This document shows, in pieces, positions 21,365 through 31,824 of a stretch of DNA of 64,000 nt. The notes under the pieces are model-generated. The model was not told the DNA's origin. It did no database searches and saw only the letters and a program-made list of their open reading frames with translations. Made by a program: the position numbers and the translations under genes. Position 1 is the stretch's first letter, and each line of letters starts with the position of its first letter. Source of the DNA: an uncultured Clostridia bacterium (GTDB lineage: Bacteria > Bacillota > Clostridia > TANB77 > CAG-508); NCBI GenBank assembly GCA_949948835.1, contig CATLHF010000001.1, positions 68,962 through 132,961 of the forward strand. The letters run 5' to 3'.

Positions 21365-22222
21365 CTAGCATATCAGTATATCTCCTGCACAAGTTATACA
21401 TTTTGCTCCTTGTTTAATTAGGTTGTTGGTGCCTATGGAATTTTCGCTTGTGATATTTCCTGGTACAACGAATACATCTTTTCCTTGGTCTAATGCAAAA
21501 TCAACAGTGTTTAATGTTCCACTTTTTTCTTTTGCTTCTACTACAATAATTCCATCACTTAATCCACTAATAATTCGATTTCTTGCTGGAAAATTTAATT
21601 TGTTTGGTTTTGTTCCAATCACATATTCTGATAAAATTAATCCTTCTGTTTGAAGAATTTTATTATATAGACCTACATTTTCTTTTGGATAAATTTGGTC
21701 TAATCCATTTCCTAAAACAGCAATTGTTTTACCACCTGCTTGTATACACCCCATATGAGAATAGCTATCAATTCCTTTTGCCATTCCACTTATCACACAT
21801 ATGTCTTGTTTAGCAAGTTCGTTTGAAAATGTTAAACTTACCTCTTTTCCGTACTCAGTGCATTGCCTGCATCCAACCATTGCTATCACACAACTATGAT
21901 TTAATAGTCTCTTATTTCCTCTATAATATAGTATCATTGGTGCATCATAAATATGTTTTAGCTTTTCTGGATAATCTTCATCTAATATCGTAATCATCCC
22001 AATATCATATTTTTTCATATAGCTTACATATTGCTTTAGATTTTTTCGATATCTTTCATCTACTATGTTATCTGCTATTTTTTCTCCAATTCCTTTTATT
22101 TTTACGAATTCTTCTTTGGATAATCTCCAGATTCTTTCTGGTGTTTGATACCTATCTAATAATTGTTTTATTCTAATTGGTCCTAATCCTTCTATTCTAG
22201 ATAACCAAATCCAATATTCCAT
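21365..22222 (-). CDS. dprA: DNA processing protein DprA (Smf)
   Basis: The Rossmann-like DprA core reads ISGMAKGIDSYSH...VVEAKEKSGTLNT. Confidence 0.9.
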   Translation of the reverse strand: MEYWIWLSRIEGLGPIRIKQLLDRYQTPERIWRLSKEEFVKIKGIGEKIADNIVDERYRKNLKQYVSYMKKYDIGMITILDEDYPEKLKHIYDAPMILYYRGNKRLLNHSCVIAMVGCRQCTEYGKEVSLTFSNELAKQDICVISGMAKGIDSYSHMGCIQAGGKTIAVLGNGLDQIYPKENVGLYNKILQTEGLILSEYVIGTKPNKLNFPARNRIISGLSDGIIVVEAKEKSGTLNTVDFALDQGKDVFVVPGNITSENSIGTNNLIKQGAKCITCAGDILIC

Positions 22223-22300
22223 TTTTTACCTCCTATAATATAAATAAAAAGGGAGCGTAAATAAAATCGCTCCCTTCGATTTATATACTCCCCCATATTT

Positions 22301-23149
22301 TTATTTTTGTTCTCTATATTTTGCTGCTTTTACTACGTTTGTCATAAGCATTGCAATTGTCATTGGACCTACTCCACCTGGTACTGGTGTTATGTATGAT
22401 GCTTTTTTCGATACTTCTTCAAAGTTAACATCTCCTAATAACTTTCCTTCATCTGTTCGGTTAATTCCTACATCAATTACTGCCGTTCCTTCTTTTACCA
22501 TATTGCCTTTTACAAATTCTGGTTTTCCAATTGCTGCAATTAAAATATCTGCTTGTTTTGTTACTTCTTCTAAGTTCTTTGTTTTAGAATGACAAATCGT
22601 AACTGTTGCATTTTTGTTTAACAAGCATTGAATTAATGGTTTTCCTACAATGTTACTTCTGCCAATAATAACCGCTCTTGCTCCTTCGATTGGAACATTA
22701 TATGTTTCTAACATTTTGATAATGCCATATGGTGTACAAGAAACAAAACAATCTTGGTTTAAACTTAATTTTCCAACATTAACTGGATGAAATCCATCCA
22801 CATCTTTTTTCGGATCAATTGCCATAAATGCTTCGTTTATATCTAAATGTCTTGGAATTGGACTTTGCAATAAAATTCCATCAATTTTTTCATCTTTATT
22901 TAGTTTTTGAATTAATTCTAATAACTCGTCCATTGTCGTATCTGCTTTTAATAAAAATTCTTCATATTCTACGCCAATTTCGTTACAGGCTTTAGATTTA
23001 TTTCTTACATATACTGCAGATGCTTTATCATCCCCCACCATGATAACGGCAAGTTTTGGATAAATTCCTTTTTTCTTTAGTTCTTCTACTTCTTCTTTTA
23101 AGTTTGCACGTATATTTTTAGCAAGTTCTTTTCCATCCATTAATTCCAT
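22301..23149 (-). CDS. folD: bifunctional methylenetetrahydrofolate dehydrogenase/cyclohydrolase
   Basis: 282 aa reading ...VGDDKASAVYVRNK...VIGRSNIVGKP...TPVPGGVGPMT. Confidence 0.95.
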   Translation of the reverse strand: MELMDGKELAKNIRANLKEEVEELKKKGIYPKLAVIMVGDDKASAVYVRNKSKACNEIGVEYEEFLLKADTTMDELLELIQKLNKDEKIDGILLQSPIPRHLDINEAFMAIDPKKDVDGFHPVNVGKLSLNQDCFVSCTPYGIIKMLETYNVPIEGARAVIIGRSNIVGKPLIQCLLNKNATVTICHSKTKNLEEVTKQADILIAAIGKPEFVKGNMVKEGTAVIDVGINRTDEGKLLGDVNFEEVSKKASYITPVPGGVGPMTIAMLMTNVVKAAKYREQK

Positions 23150-23271
23150 TTTTGTTTCTCCTTTTGTTTTTTCTTATTATATATAAAACCATATTTTTTT
23201 GCAATTGTTTTTCTCTTAATTTTTACTTTTCTTATGTATCGTGTGCCATATGACACACGATTTGCTAGTAA

Positions 23272-23529
23272 TTAGCAACATTTCTTTTCTTTTTTACAGC
23301 AAACTAACATAACAATTCTTAAAACAATTAATAGTCCTAATATTACTGCAACAGCTATAAAGGCACCTAATCCTAAAAGAACTAAAATCCCAGTAAGCGC
23401 ACCTATAATAAGTCCTAAAACAAATGCAAATGCAACTAATAGAATAGTTAATATTAAATCAACACAACATCTTTTTTCTTTGCAACAACATTTTGGTTGT
23501 TCATAATAACATTTTGGTTCCATATCCAT
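23272..23529 (-). CDS. small membrane protein with cysteine-cluster termini (orphan)
   Basis: A GGAGG RBS lies 7 nt before ATG 23529. The protein is MDMEPKCYYEQPKCCCKEKRCC, then ~55 hydrophobic residues, then CCKKEKKCC. Confidence 0.55.
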   Translation of the reverse strand: MDMEPKCYYEQPKCCCKEKRCCVDLILTILLVAFAFVLGLIIGALTGILVLLGLGAFIAVAVILGLLIVLRIVMLVCCKKEKKCC

Positions 23530-23611
23530 TATAGTCACCTCCTTAAACTATCTTGAAGATAGTTATATAATATATTATGAATTCCCTTTCTTTTTGTGAC
23601 AATTTTCGACT

Positions 23612-24832
23612 TTATTCTTTCTTTTCTTCTCGGATGTTTATCATATTCTTTACTTTCATTTCACCAGCTCTTGTAATTACTTCATACCCATATTTTTTCT
23701 TTAAATCATTTACCACATTTTCTATTTTCTCTTGTTTTGTATTAGTTGTATTATCGAAAATAGATAATTGCATTTGCTCGTTTTCTACTAATTTGCTAGT
23801 TTGAATCCCAATTAGTCGTATTCCTCTATTTTGATGTAAATTGCTTAATAATTCCTTACTAGTTTCATAAATTTCCTTTGTGATATTCGTTGGCGATGCT
23901 AGTGTCTTTTGATGTGAATAGCTTATAAAATCTTTTGTTTTAATTTGTACACTAACCACATTAGCTTTTAGTGCATGTTTTCGTAATCGAAAGGCTACTT
24001 GTTCCGATAATGCAAGTAACACCTCATTTAATCGATTAATGTTATAAATATCTTCTGGAAGAGTAATGGAATTTCCAATGCATTTCGGTTGTTCTGGTTC
24101 ATATACAACTGGACTTTGGTCAATTCCATTGGCATATTCCCACATCAACTTACCATGCTTTCCAAATCGTTTGATAAGCATTTTTTCATCTTGGCTGGCC
24201 AAATCTTCTATTGTTTTAATCCCCATTTGTGCTAGTTTTGGAATGCTTTTTCTTCCTACCATAAATAGCTCAGAAATGGGAAGAATCCACATCTTTGTTT
24301 TTATTTCTTCTGGATATAGAGTATGAACTCTATCTGGTTTCTTAAAATCTGATGCCATTTTTGCAAGTAACTTATTATTTGCAACCCCTATATTAACCGT
24401 AAAACCCAATTCTTCTTTTACTCGTTTATTAATTTCATACGCTTTATCAATCAATTTTTCGTTTGGATGTAAAAATAAGGTCATATCCATAAAACACTCA
24501 TCAACGGAAAAGCGTTCAATTTGGTCTGTATATTCTAATAATAATTGATATAAATCATTCGAATGTTTTTGATAAGAAGCATAATCACCTTGAAACACCT
24601 GTAAATTAGGACACTTCTTTCTAGCTTGATAAATTGGTTCTCCTGTTTTAACACCAAATTCTTTTGCCTTCATACTTTTGGCAAGTACCACTCCATGTCG
24701 ACTTGCCTCATCTCCACCAATCACTGCAGGAATCGTTCGAATATCTAATGTTTCTCCAGAAGCTAGCCTATCAATTGCTGTCCATGATAAAAACGCATTA
24801 TTTACATCTACATGTAATATTTGTCTTTCCAT
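23612..24832 (-). CDS. dinB: Y-family DNA polymerase IV
   Basis: ILHVDVNNAFLS...SVDECFMD and the little-finger region. The start is set at MERQILHVD (24832) because ATG 24859 lies inside the promoter spacer. Confidence 0.9.
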   Translation of the reverse strand: MERQILHVDVNNAFLSWTAIDRLASGETLDIRTIPAVIGGDEASRHGVVLAKSMKAKEFGVKTGEPIYQARKKCPNLQVFQGDYASYQKHSNDLYQLLLEYTDQIERFSVDECFMDMTLFLHPNEKLIDKAYEINKRVKEELGFTVNIGVANNKLLAKMASDFKKPDRVHTLYPEEIKTKMWILPISELFMVGRKSIPKLAQMGIKTIEDLASQDEKMLIKRFGKHGKLMWEYANGIDQSPVVYEPEQPKCIGNSITLPEDIYNINRLNEVLLALSEQVAFRLRKHALKANVVSVQIKTKDFISYSHQKTLASPTNITKEIYETSKELLSNLHQNRGIRLIGIQTSKLVENEQMQLSIFDNTTNTKQEKIENVVNDLKKKYGYEVITRAGEMKVKNMINIREEKKE

Positions 24833-24847
24833 AATATCACCGTTCTT

Positions 24848-24876
24848 ATTATAGAACATGTGTTTTTATGTGTCAA
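24848..24876 (-). promoter_or_regulatory. consensus sigma-A type promoter of dinB
   Basis: The minus strand reads TTGACA-17 nt-TATAAT. Only 15 nt separate the -10 box from ATG 24832. Confidence 0.55.
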
Positions 24877-24925
24877 GTAAAAAATAAAAAAACAAGGGGA
24901 AATATGTCTCCCCCCTGCTTTAGAA

Positions 24926-25276
24926 CTAGTTCGGCAACCTAAACCTGTCAATCTCTTTTTCCATCTGTTGCATTCTTCTTTGGACTTCCTGCTTATAGCT
25001 TGAAAAATTTGCTAAAAGCCTTTCTCTTTTAGCATCCAAGAACTGCTTTCCATAGGCAAAAAACTCTTCATCATTTTTGATGTTTACCAAAATCTGTTTT
25101 AATTTTTCGACATCTTCATCAAAAATGTTTTTCAGTTGAAATTGTATATCTTGCTTTTGCCTTCTTTCATAGCGAGTTCCATGTCCATGGTTTTCGTAAT
25201 AGATGGTTTCAATCTGTCCATCACTTATCTGGACTTCTATCTTTCCACCATCTTTTAGGTTAACTGCTGTCGTCAT
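24926..25276 (-). CDS. hypothetical protein (orphan, G+C-enriched islet)
   Basis: 116-aa ORF. Its own terminator (CAGGGGGGA..TTTCCCCTTG + T7) lies at about 24885-24921. The sampled line 24961-25020 has 23/60 G+C. Confidence 0.6.
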   Translation of the reverse strand: MTTAVNLKDGGKIEVQISDGQIETIYYENHGHGTRYERRQKQDIQFQLKNIFDEDVEKLKQILVNIKNDEEFFAYGKQFLDAKRERLLANFSSYKQEVQRRMQQMEKEIDRFRLPN

Positions 25277-25419
25277 TATAGTTCTCCTTTCTGCTTTACT
25301 TTTTTGTTGCTTTTTATATTATATCTTACTTTTATGTAAATTTCAAGTAGAAATAGTTTATAGGTATGTTTTTTCTTTATTTGTGGCATACTTTAAGAAA
25401 GATTTTAAGAGGTGAACTA

Positions 25420-28042
25420 ATGGGTACAAATTTAAAATTGGAAGAAATTGATTTAGAAGAAAAATATGGGCTTGAAGCAACATTATTACCTAACGAATTT
25501 TTAACAAAAATGAATTTTTTGCGGAACTGGCTTAACAACTGATTTTGCAAAGAGTTTATTAGTAAAAAACGGATTAAACGAATTAAAACAAGCCAGAGAA
25601 AAAAAGTGGTATCATTACCTATTCGAAAGCTTATTTAGTCCTTTTAATATTATTTTACTATTAATTTGTGTCGTACTTATTTATACAGATGTTATTTTGC
25701 CAGCTGTTCCTAATTATGCTAATATTATCGTTATTTTAGTATTGGTAATCGCCAGTACTCTCCTTGAATTTATACAAGAATATCGCTCCAATAAAGCAGC
25801 TGCAAAACTTCGAAGCTTAGTTGCTACTACTTGTACAGTTCTACGTGATGGTAAAAAAGTTCAAATTCCACTTAAAGAAATTGTAGTAGGAGATGTTGTT
25901 TTTCTTTCTGCTGGTGATATGATTCCAGCAGACTTACGCATTATTGAAGAGAAAGATTTACATGTTGGACAATCCACTCTTACCGGAGAATCAGAAGCTG
26001 TTAGGAAACTTGCTTTTTCTGAATTAACTTCTTCGAAAGATATTAAAAGTGTTACCGACTTAGATACCATTTGTTTTATGGGTACAAACGTTATTAGTGG
26101 CACTGCAAAAGGTGTTGTTATTAAAACTGCAAACGATACTTATTTAGGAAAAATTGCAAAAACAATTACAACTGGAAAACCAGAAACTGCTTTTCAAAAA
26201 GGAATTAAAAATATAAGCAAACTACTGATTCGTTTTATGCTTGTTATGATTCCAATTACCTTTTTAGTTAATATTGGAAAACATGATATTTTAATTACCT
26301 TTACCTTTTCTGTTGCAATTGCTATTGGAATTACCCCTCTTCTACTTCCTGTTATTTTGTCCTCTTCTCTTGCCAAAGGTGCTATTAGGATGTCTAAGAA
26401 AAAAACCATTGTTAAAAAATTAGATTCTATTCAAAGTTTTGGTGCAATGAACATTCTTTGTACTGATAAAACGGGAACTTTAACCAAAGATGAAATTGTT
26501 CTTCAAACATATTTAGATATTAGTGGAAACGAAAATTATGGTGTTTTAAAACATGCTTTTTTAAACGCTTATTTTCAAACAGGCTTAAAGGGAAATATTG
26601 ATACTGCGATTATCGAAAAAGCAAATGAAATGGAATTAAACAATATTGTAAATAACTATACTAAAATTGATGAAATTCCTTTTGATTTTGCAAGAAGACG
26701 CTTATCTGTTATCGTCTCAGATGGACAAAAAACACAGTTAATTACAAAAGGTGCTGTAGAAGAAATTTTATCGATTTGTACTTTGGTTTATGATAATGGT
26801 TCTGTGCACGAAATCACACCACAAATAAAACAAACCATTCGAAACTTTACTAAGAAACTAAATTCAGATGGATTACGTGTTATCGCTGTTTGTCAAAAAA
26901 ATGAGATTAATGGAATTACCCATTTTAATGTAAAAGATGAATCTAAAATGGTATTAATGGGATTTATCGGCTTTTTGGATCCACCAAAAGAAAGTGCTAA
27001 AATTGCAATTGATAAGTTAAATGAAAAAGGAATTCGTGTGATTGTATTAACAGGAGATAATGAAGAAGTTACAAGATGTATTTGTGAAAAAGTAGGAATT
27101 CGTTCTTCTCGTATTGTATCTGGTAGTCAAGTAAATCGTTCTTCAGATGCAGCACTCCTTCGTTTACTGTATGATACTAATATTTTTGTAAAGCTTTCCC
27201 CTATTGAAAAAGCAAGAATCGTAAGATTACTAAAAGAAGCAGGAAATATTGTTGGTTATATGGGAGATGGTATTAATGATAGTCCTTCTCTTACCAATGC
27301 TGATGTTGGAATTAGTGTTGATACCGCAGTTGATATTGCCAAAGAAACATCTGATATTATTTTATTAGAAAAAGATTTAAATGTATTATTAGATGGTGCC
27401 ATTGAAGGAAGAAAAACATTTGCCAATCTTTTAAAATACATTAAAATGGCCGTTAGCTTTAATTTTGGTGAAGTACTCTCTGTCCTAATTGCAAGCATTG
27501 TACTACCATTTTTACCAATTACACCAATTCAATTATTAGTACAAAGTTTGTTATACGATTTTGGACAACTCTCTCTTCCTTTTGATAATGTGGATAATGA
27601 ATATGTAACAAAGCCAAGAAGGTGGAACTTAAAAGAACTTCGAAACTTCATGTTTTTCATGGGACCAACTAGCTCAATTTTTGATTTAATGGTATTTGCA
27701 TCTTTATGGTTTGGTTTTGGACTACGACTTCCAGACGCTGCGCTTTTCCAAACTATTTGGTTTTCGTATGGAGTGGTATCAAACTTAATTGGCCTTCATA
27801 TTATTAGAACTGCTAAAACACCATTTATCAAAAGCAATGCATCACTTCCCGTATATGCAACCTCTATTACCTTAAGCATCATTGCCCTAATTGTACCATT
27901 TACTGTTTTAGGAAAATGGATAGGTCTTGTCGCCTTTTCGCCAATATACCTTATTGTTATCATTGGATTTCCTATCTTATATTGCTTTATTGCTAGCTTT
28001 GTCAAGAAATTGTATATTAGAAAATATGGTGAATGGATATAG
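25420..28042 (+). pseudogene. mgtA: Mg2+-importing P-type ATPase MgtA, N-terminus displaced by a +1 frameshift at a T6 run
   Basis: DKTGTLT, TGDN and GDGINDSPSL motifs are present. The frame from ATG 25420 stops at 25540..25542. The +1 frame from 25514 (GTGLTTDFAKSLLVKNGLNEL...) runs uninterrupted into ORF 25697..28042. The T6 run is at 25515-25520. Confidence 0.85.
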
Positions 28043-28117
28043 AAGATTTAATCTAAACAAAAAGAAGGTATCAATGAACTCTCTTTGAAATAGTATCGTT
28101 CACAATACCTTCTTTTT

Positions 28118-28672
28118 TTATTTATTGATTGTTTTTTCCTTTTTGATATCTTTTATATACCCTACTGCTGAACATATTACTAAAATTAATTCTAATATAA
28201 TACCCATAATAGACATGATAAATATATTATATGCTAACCATAAGATACCAGCTATTAGTCCTAATATTTTATATGTTTTTACATCCTTTTGCCACAATGC
28301 AAATGTTGTAACCAAAGTAGCTATTACTGATAGTAAACTAAGTGGCCCATCATATGTAAATATTGTTAATGTAATAATAAGTATAACTGTTATAATTAGT
28401 ATAATCACATCTAATTTCTTGCTAATTTCCTTACCTTTTGATTTTCTTGTTTCTTGTATTAAAAGTGTCACATCTCGAAACAGCATTATAACAGACATCG
28501 CCGCTCCTGTATATCCATTTAACATAGCCATTGCAGTAGTTTGTCCAATATGTGCAACAAAATTTGCTGTTAATATCTTAGTCCTATCTTTTAGTAAGTA
28601 GCTTAAACTTAAAATTGCATAATAAACTACTGTTACAATTTGTGAAATAATATAAATAATAGTAATTTCCAT
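28118..28672 (-). CDS. YgjV-family inner membrane protein
   Basis: 184 aa with 5-6 TM segments and a two-half YgjV-like layout. It is paralogous to the broken gene at 43963..44503. Confidence 0.55.
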   Translation of the reverse strand: MEITIIYIISQIVTVVYYAILSLSYLLKDRTKILTANFVAHIGQTTAMAMLNGYTGAAMSVIMLFRDVTLLIQETRKSKGKEISKKLDVIILIITVILIITLTIFTYDGPLSLLSVIATLVTTFALWQKDVKTYKILGLIAGILWLAYNIFIMSIMGIILELILVICSAVGYIKDIKKEKTINK

Positions 28673-28891
28673 ATTTATTCCCTTTTATTTCTTTATTTAA
28701 TTTATTCTGTTTTACCCTATTGATATTATATTATAACATATATTAATTTTCAACATTTTTATTTTTTTAAGTATATGGGGAATCAAATAATTAGAATGTA
28801 ATTAGCATAAATTTGTATTTTTCCATTATTTATGGTACACTTGTAATATGAAACAATAAAGTGTTGTACCTAAAGAAAGAGAGGGGTTTTT

Positions 28892-29242
28892 ATGAAAAAA
28901 CGGACTGTTACTTTTATTGAAGGGGAATATGTAGCATATGATTTACCGAGCAATAAGGCATCTGCAATACTTAATATAATTCAACATTGTTCTAATTATG
29001 AAACGATTGCTCCAAATGTCTATCGTGTCGCAGATATGCATGCTTTAAAACATGTATATAACATATGTACAGAAAATCTTCCCACAAAAGGCAATGAAAC
29101 TGCCCAGTTCTATTTTTTCGCAGGCGATTCTGCTAAGTTAACTATGGGTGAAGAAGAATTAGTAGCTAAATTAAAAAAGCTTGAAACTAAATTTTCTTAT
29201 TCCAAAGTAGCGGACGATGTGTACAGAATTTACGAATTGTAA
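28892..29242 (+). CDS. hypothetical protein
   Basis: 116-aa ORF with a GAGAGGGG RBS. No family recognised. Confidence 0.55.
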   Translation: MKKRTVTFIEGEYVAYDLPSNKASAILNIIQHCSNYETIAPNVYRVADMHALKHVYNICTENLPTKGNETAQFYFFAGDSAKLTMGEEELVAKLKKLETKFSYSKVADDVYRIYEL

Positions 29243-29255
29243 CATCAAAAACCGA

Positions 29256-29298
29256 AAAAAGCAAAGAGAACCATTTTATCTGGTTCTCTTTGCTTTTT
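29256..29298. terminator. bidirectional rho-independent terminator
   Basis: aaaaagcaaagagaacc-attttatct-ggttctctttgcttttt, a 17-bp perfect stem between convergent genes. Confidence 0.75.
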
Positions 29299-29324
29299 AT
29301 CTTCCTTCATCCGGGATACCTATG

Positions 29325-30512
29325 CTATTTTTTTACAACTTGTCCTTCTTTATTTATTTTAAAATTCTTATAAAACATAACATTTACAACCGCAAGTTGC
29401 TCTACCATTGAAAGCATTTGTCCTATTGCTGTGCAAAATGGTGTTTTTAGAAATGATGTTATAACTCTTATGCCAGATGCTACCACTTTATTTGAAGTTA
29501 CTTTTGCTTCAAATGTATCAGCCAATTGTAAATAACATGTTTTTAATTCATATAGTGGTTCTAATAAAAAGTTTATTATTTCAACACTTAAATATAGTAA
29601 TGTAATGATTATATTTAACTCATAATATTGATATGAAAATGCTAACATTACAAATGTTGTAAATAGCAAAATTCCTAGTAACTTATAAGCATTTCTTTTA
29701 TGTTCTTTATAATTGAATTTTCCTTTGCTTATATCTATTTTTGCAACAGTATGAACTGCGCCAAAAGAATCCCACTGTGTATCTGTTACTAATGCTGCAA
29801 AATTTAATGCAGTAACATATTCTTCTCCAAACTCTAACACATTGCTAAATCCAAATAAATATGTTAAAAAGAAGCATAAGTCTCTTGCTATTGAAACAGA
29901 CTCATATTTTATATACTGTAATGGGTGTACTTCAAATTTAAATTTTTTATATTGTTTTATTGTAACAAATAATGTATAAATAAAAATAGTAATTAATGTA
30001 GTTAAAACTACAATTGTTTTATCTTTTACAAATACAGCAGTTGCCATTAATACGCCAAAATTTAATAAATTTAAAATTAACATATATCGATTAGCTAACT
30101 TTTCTTTTCCTTCAAAATATAATTTTTCCATAACAAAAGAAAATATTAATTGTATGTATAATTGAATAATAGAATATAATGCAAATTCTTTGTATATGTT
30201 ATAATCCATATTCATAAATTCGATATAACTTTTTATATTAATTGCAATAAATCCAAATACAACAAATCCCACAATGATTCCTAATGTCATTGAAGATAAA
30301 ACTGCATTTTCTTTTTTATCTTTTTCTTTACTTATATTAGCTCCTGTGGCAAATATGGATCGAAATATTTGCCATATAAATTGTATTGGATATGTAAGGG
30401 TAAACACATTTGCCAAATTTTTGTCCAATACCAAACCAAGCATCATCCATGATAATATTGGTATAAATGAAAAAATTGCTTGGTTAAAACTTATTCTTAA
30501 TAATCGTTTCAT
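29325..30512 (-). CDS. polytopic membrane protein, MOP/MATE-like exporter or flippase
   Basis: 395 aa with about 10-12 TM segments. It is the last gene of the minus-strand accessory cluster. Confidence 0.5.
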   Translation of the reverse strand: MKRLLRISFNQAIFSFIPILSWMMLGLVLDKNLANVFTLTYPIQFIWQIFRSIFATGANISKEKDKKENAVLSSMTLGIIVGFVVFGFIAINIKSYIEFMNMDYNIYKEFALYSIIQLYIQLIFSFVMEKLYFEGKEKLANRYMLILNLLNFGVLMATAVFVKDKTIVVLTTLITIFIYTLFVTIKQYKKFKFEVHPLQYIKYESVSIARDLCFFLTYLFGFSNVLEFGEEYVTALNFAALVTDTQWDSFGAVHTVAKIDISKGKFNYKEHKRNAYKLLGILLFTTFVMLAFSYQYYELNIIITLLYLSVEIINFLLEPLYELKTCYLQLADTFEAKVTSNKVVASGIRVITSFLKTPFCTAIGQMLSMVEQLAVVNVMFYKNFKINKEGQVVKK

Positions 30513-30558
30513 TTCCTTCTAACCTTTTTGCTCCAAATTACTTTTGTTTACTCAAAAT

Positions 30559-31131
30559 TTAATAAAAAATGTTTTCTATCTTTTGGTCTGGATGTGTTTC
30601 TTTTTGTTCTTTTAATTCCCATGGATAGATAAATAGTTTTTCTTTTTTCAAACTAAATCCATAAAAACTTTTTTGTATATCTTTTGGTAAGTTTTCTTCT
30701 CCTCTTACGCAAACACAAGCAAGTAAAATATTTGCATTTGGTAATGTTTTGTTTATTTCATTAAGTGCTGTATGCATGGTTTCTCCTGAACTATATGTGC
30801 CTTCTACCACAAGCAAATTGAGTTTTCTTTCTTTATCTAAATCCTTTAAAGAATTTAATAAAACAATGTGGTCATACTTACCATTTTGTTTTATCTTTTT
30901 TACCTGAATAGGAGCAAACTTGATTAAATTTAACTCATTTGCAATATACACTGCAGGTACCGTACCACTTCTTAAAATTGGCACAACATAGTCGATTCTT
31001 ATATTATTTTCCATAGTATATTTTTCAATTTCTTTTGTTACTTTTAACACATGCTTTTTAAATTCACTATGTGTCATCGTTCTTATCTCGTCTTCATATT
31101 GAATTGGACCATCATTGCTCCTTGTTTGCAT
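30559..31131 (-). CDS. type I phosphoribosyltransferase-like protein (degenerate PRPP motif)
   Basis: 190 aa. The motif LNLLVVEGTYSSGETM is a PRT-type loop but has E-G where D/E-D is usual. The C-terminus has ...YPWE as in XGPRT-like enzymes. Confidence 0.5.
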   Translation of the reverse strand: MQTRSNDGPIQYEDEIRTMTHSEFKKHVLKVTKEIEKYTMENNIRIDYVVPILRSGTVPAVYIANELNLIKFAPIQVKKIKQNGKYDHIVLLNSLKDLDKERKLNLLVVEGTYSSGETMHTALNEINKTLPNANILLACVCVRGEENLPKDIQKSFYGFSLKKEKLFIYPWELKEQKETHPDQKIENIFY

Positions 31132-31188
31132 GATGTTTCACCTCACATTCTTTTTTTAGAATTTCCTTTACAAATTCCCATCTATGTT

Positions 31189-31803
31189 TTATAAACATTC
31201 CCTGTTTTGATTTTTGTAATTTGCTTTTTTATCATTTAAAATATCTTCCGCTTTTTTAGCATAATAGTTATTATTCTTTATTGGTAAATTCAAATTTGTA
31301 ATTATGCTTTTCATATAATCTAAAGATTCATATCTTTTTCCTGTATGCTCACATTTTTCTTCTATTTCTATATAAATTCTATCATTTACAAACTGTAAAG
31401 CAAGCTCATCCCCATTATTTTTTTTGATATACACTAATATGGTCTCTTATTTTCATAAGATCTATATACCCTATTAATTTAAGCATATTGTAAGCATCAT
31501 CTATATTATTAATCTCAACATCAGCATTTATTTGATTTAAAATATTACCATTATTATCTACATGTTTTTGTTTGTATGTTATCAATTTTCTAGAATTAGA
31601 TTTTTCTGAAATATCTCTTATTAAAATAGAATTATTTAGTAATTCGTTGTAATTTTTTGCAATTTTCATATTCTTTTTTCACTAAATAAATATCATTTAT
31701 ATCATATTCTTTTTCTAATTTAAAACCATTGTTAGAAATCGATTTAATAACATTTTCCTTTGTTTCTAGCACTTCAACTGTTATTTCATTTTCTAATTTC
31801 ATA
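31189..31803 (-). pseudogene. CYTH-like (class IV adenylate cyclase / triphosphatase fold) gene with at least three frame disruptions
   Basis: ATG 31803 gives MKLENEITVEVLETKENVIKSDF-stop (31732-34). The next frame reads ISNNGFKLEKEYDINDIYLVKKEYE...-stop (31632-34). ORF 31415..31669 (LIRDISE..KLITYKQKH) and ORF 31189..31434 (LALQFVNDRIYIEIEE) follow. The breaks lie at T6 31674-79 and T8 31418-25 (plus-strand runs). Confidence 0.5.
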
Positions 31804-31824
31804 GAATAATCCCCTATCTTAGCC

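Noticed and set aside
23150-23271. Possible THF or other riboswitch upstream of folD
   Set aside because: The region contains a TTGCAA-17-TATAAT promoter and a short leader only. The 8-bp hairpin at about 23240-23263 is best explained as the terminator of the upstream small gene.
25277-25419. Possible M-box (Mg2+) riboswitch upstream of mgtA
   Set aside because: Only about 140 nt are available, the region is extremely AT-rich, and no M-box-like conserved stems or motifs are seen.
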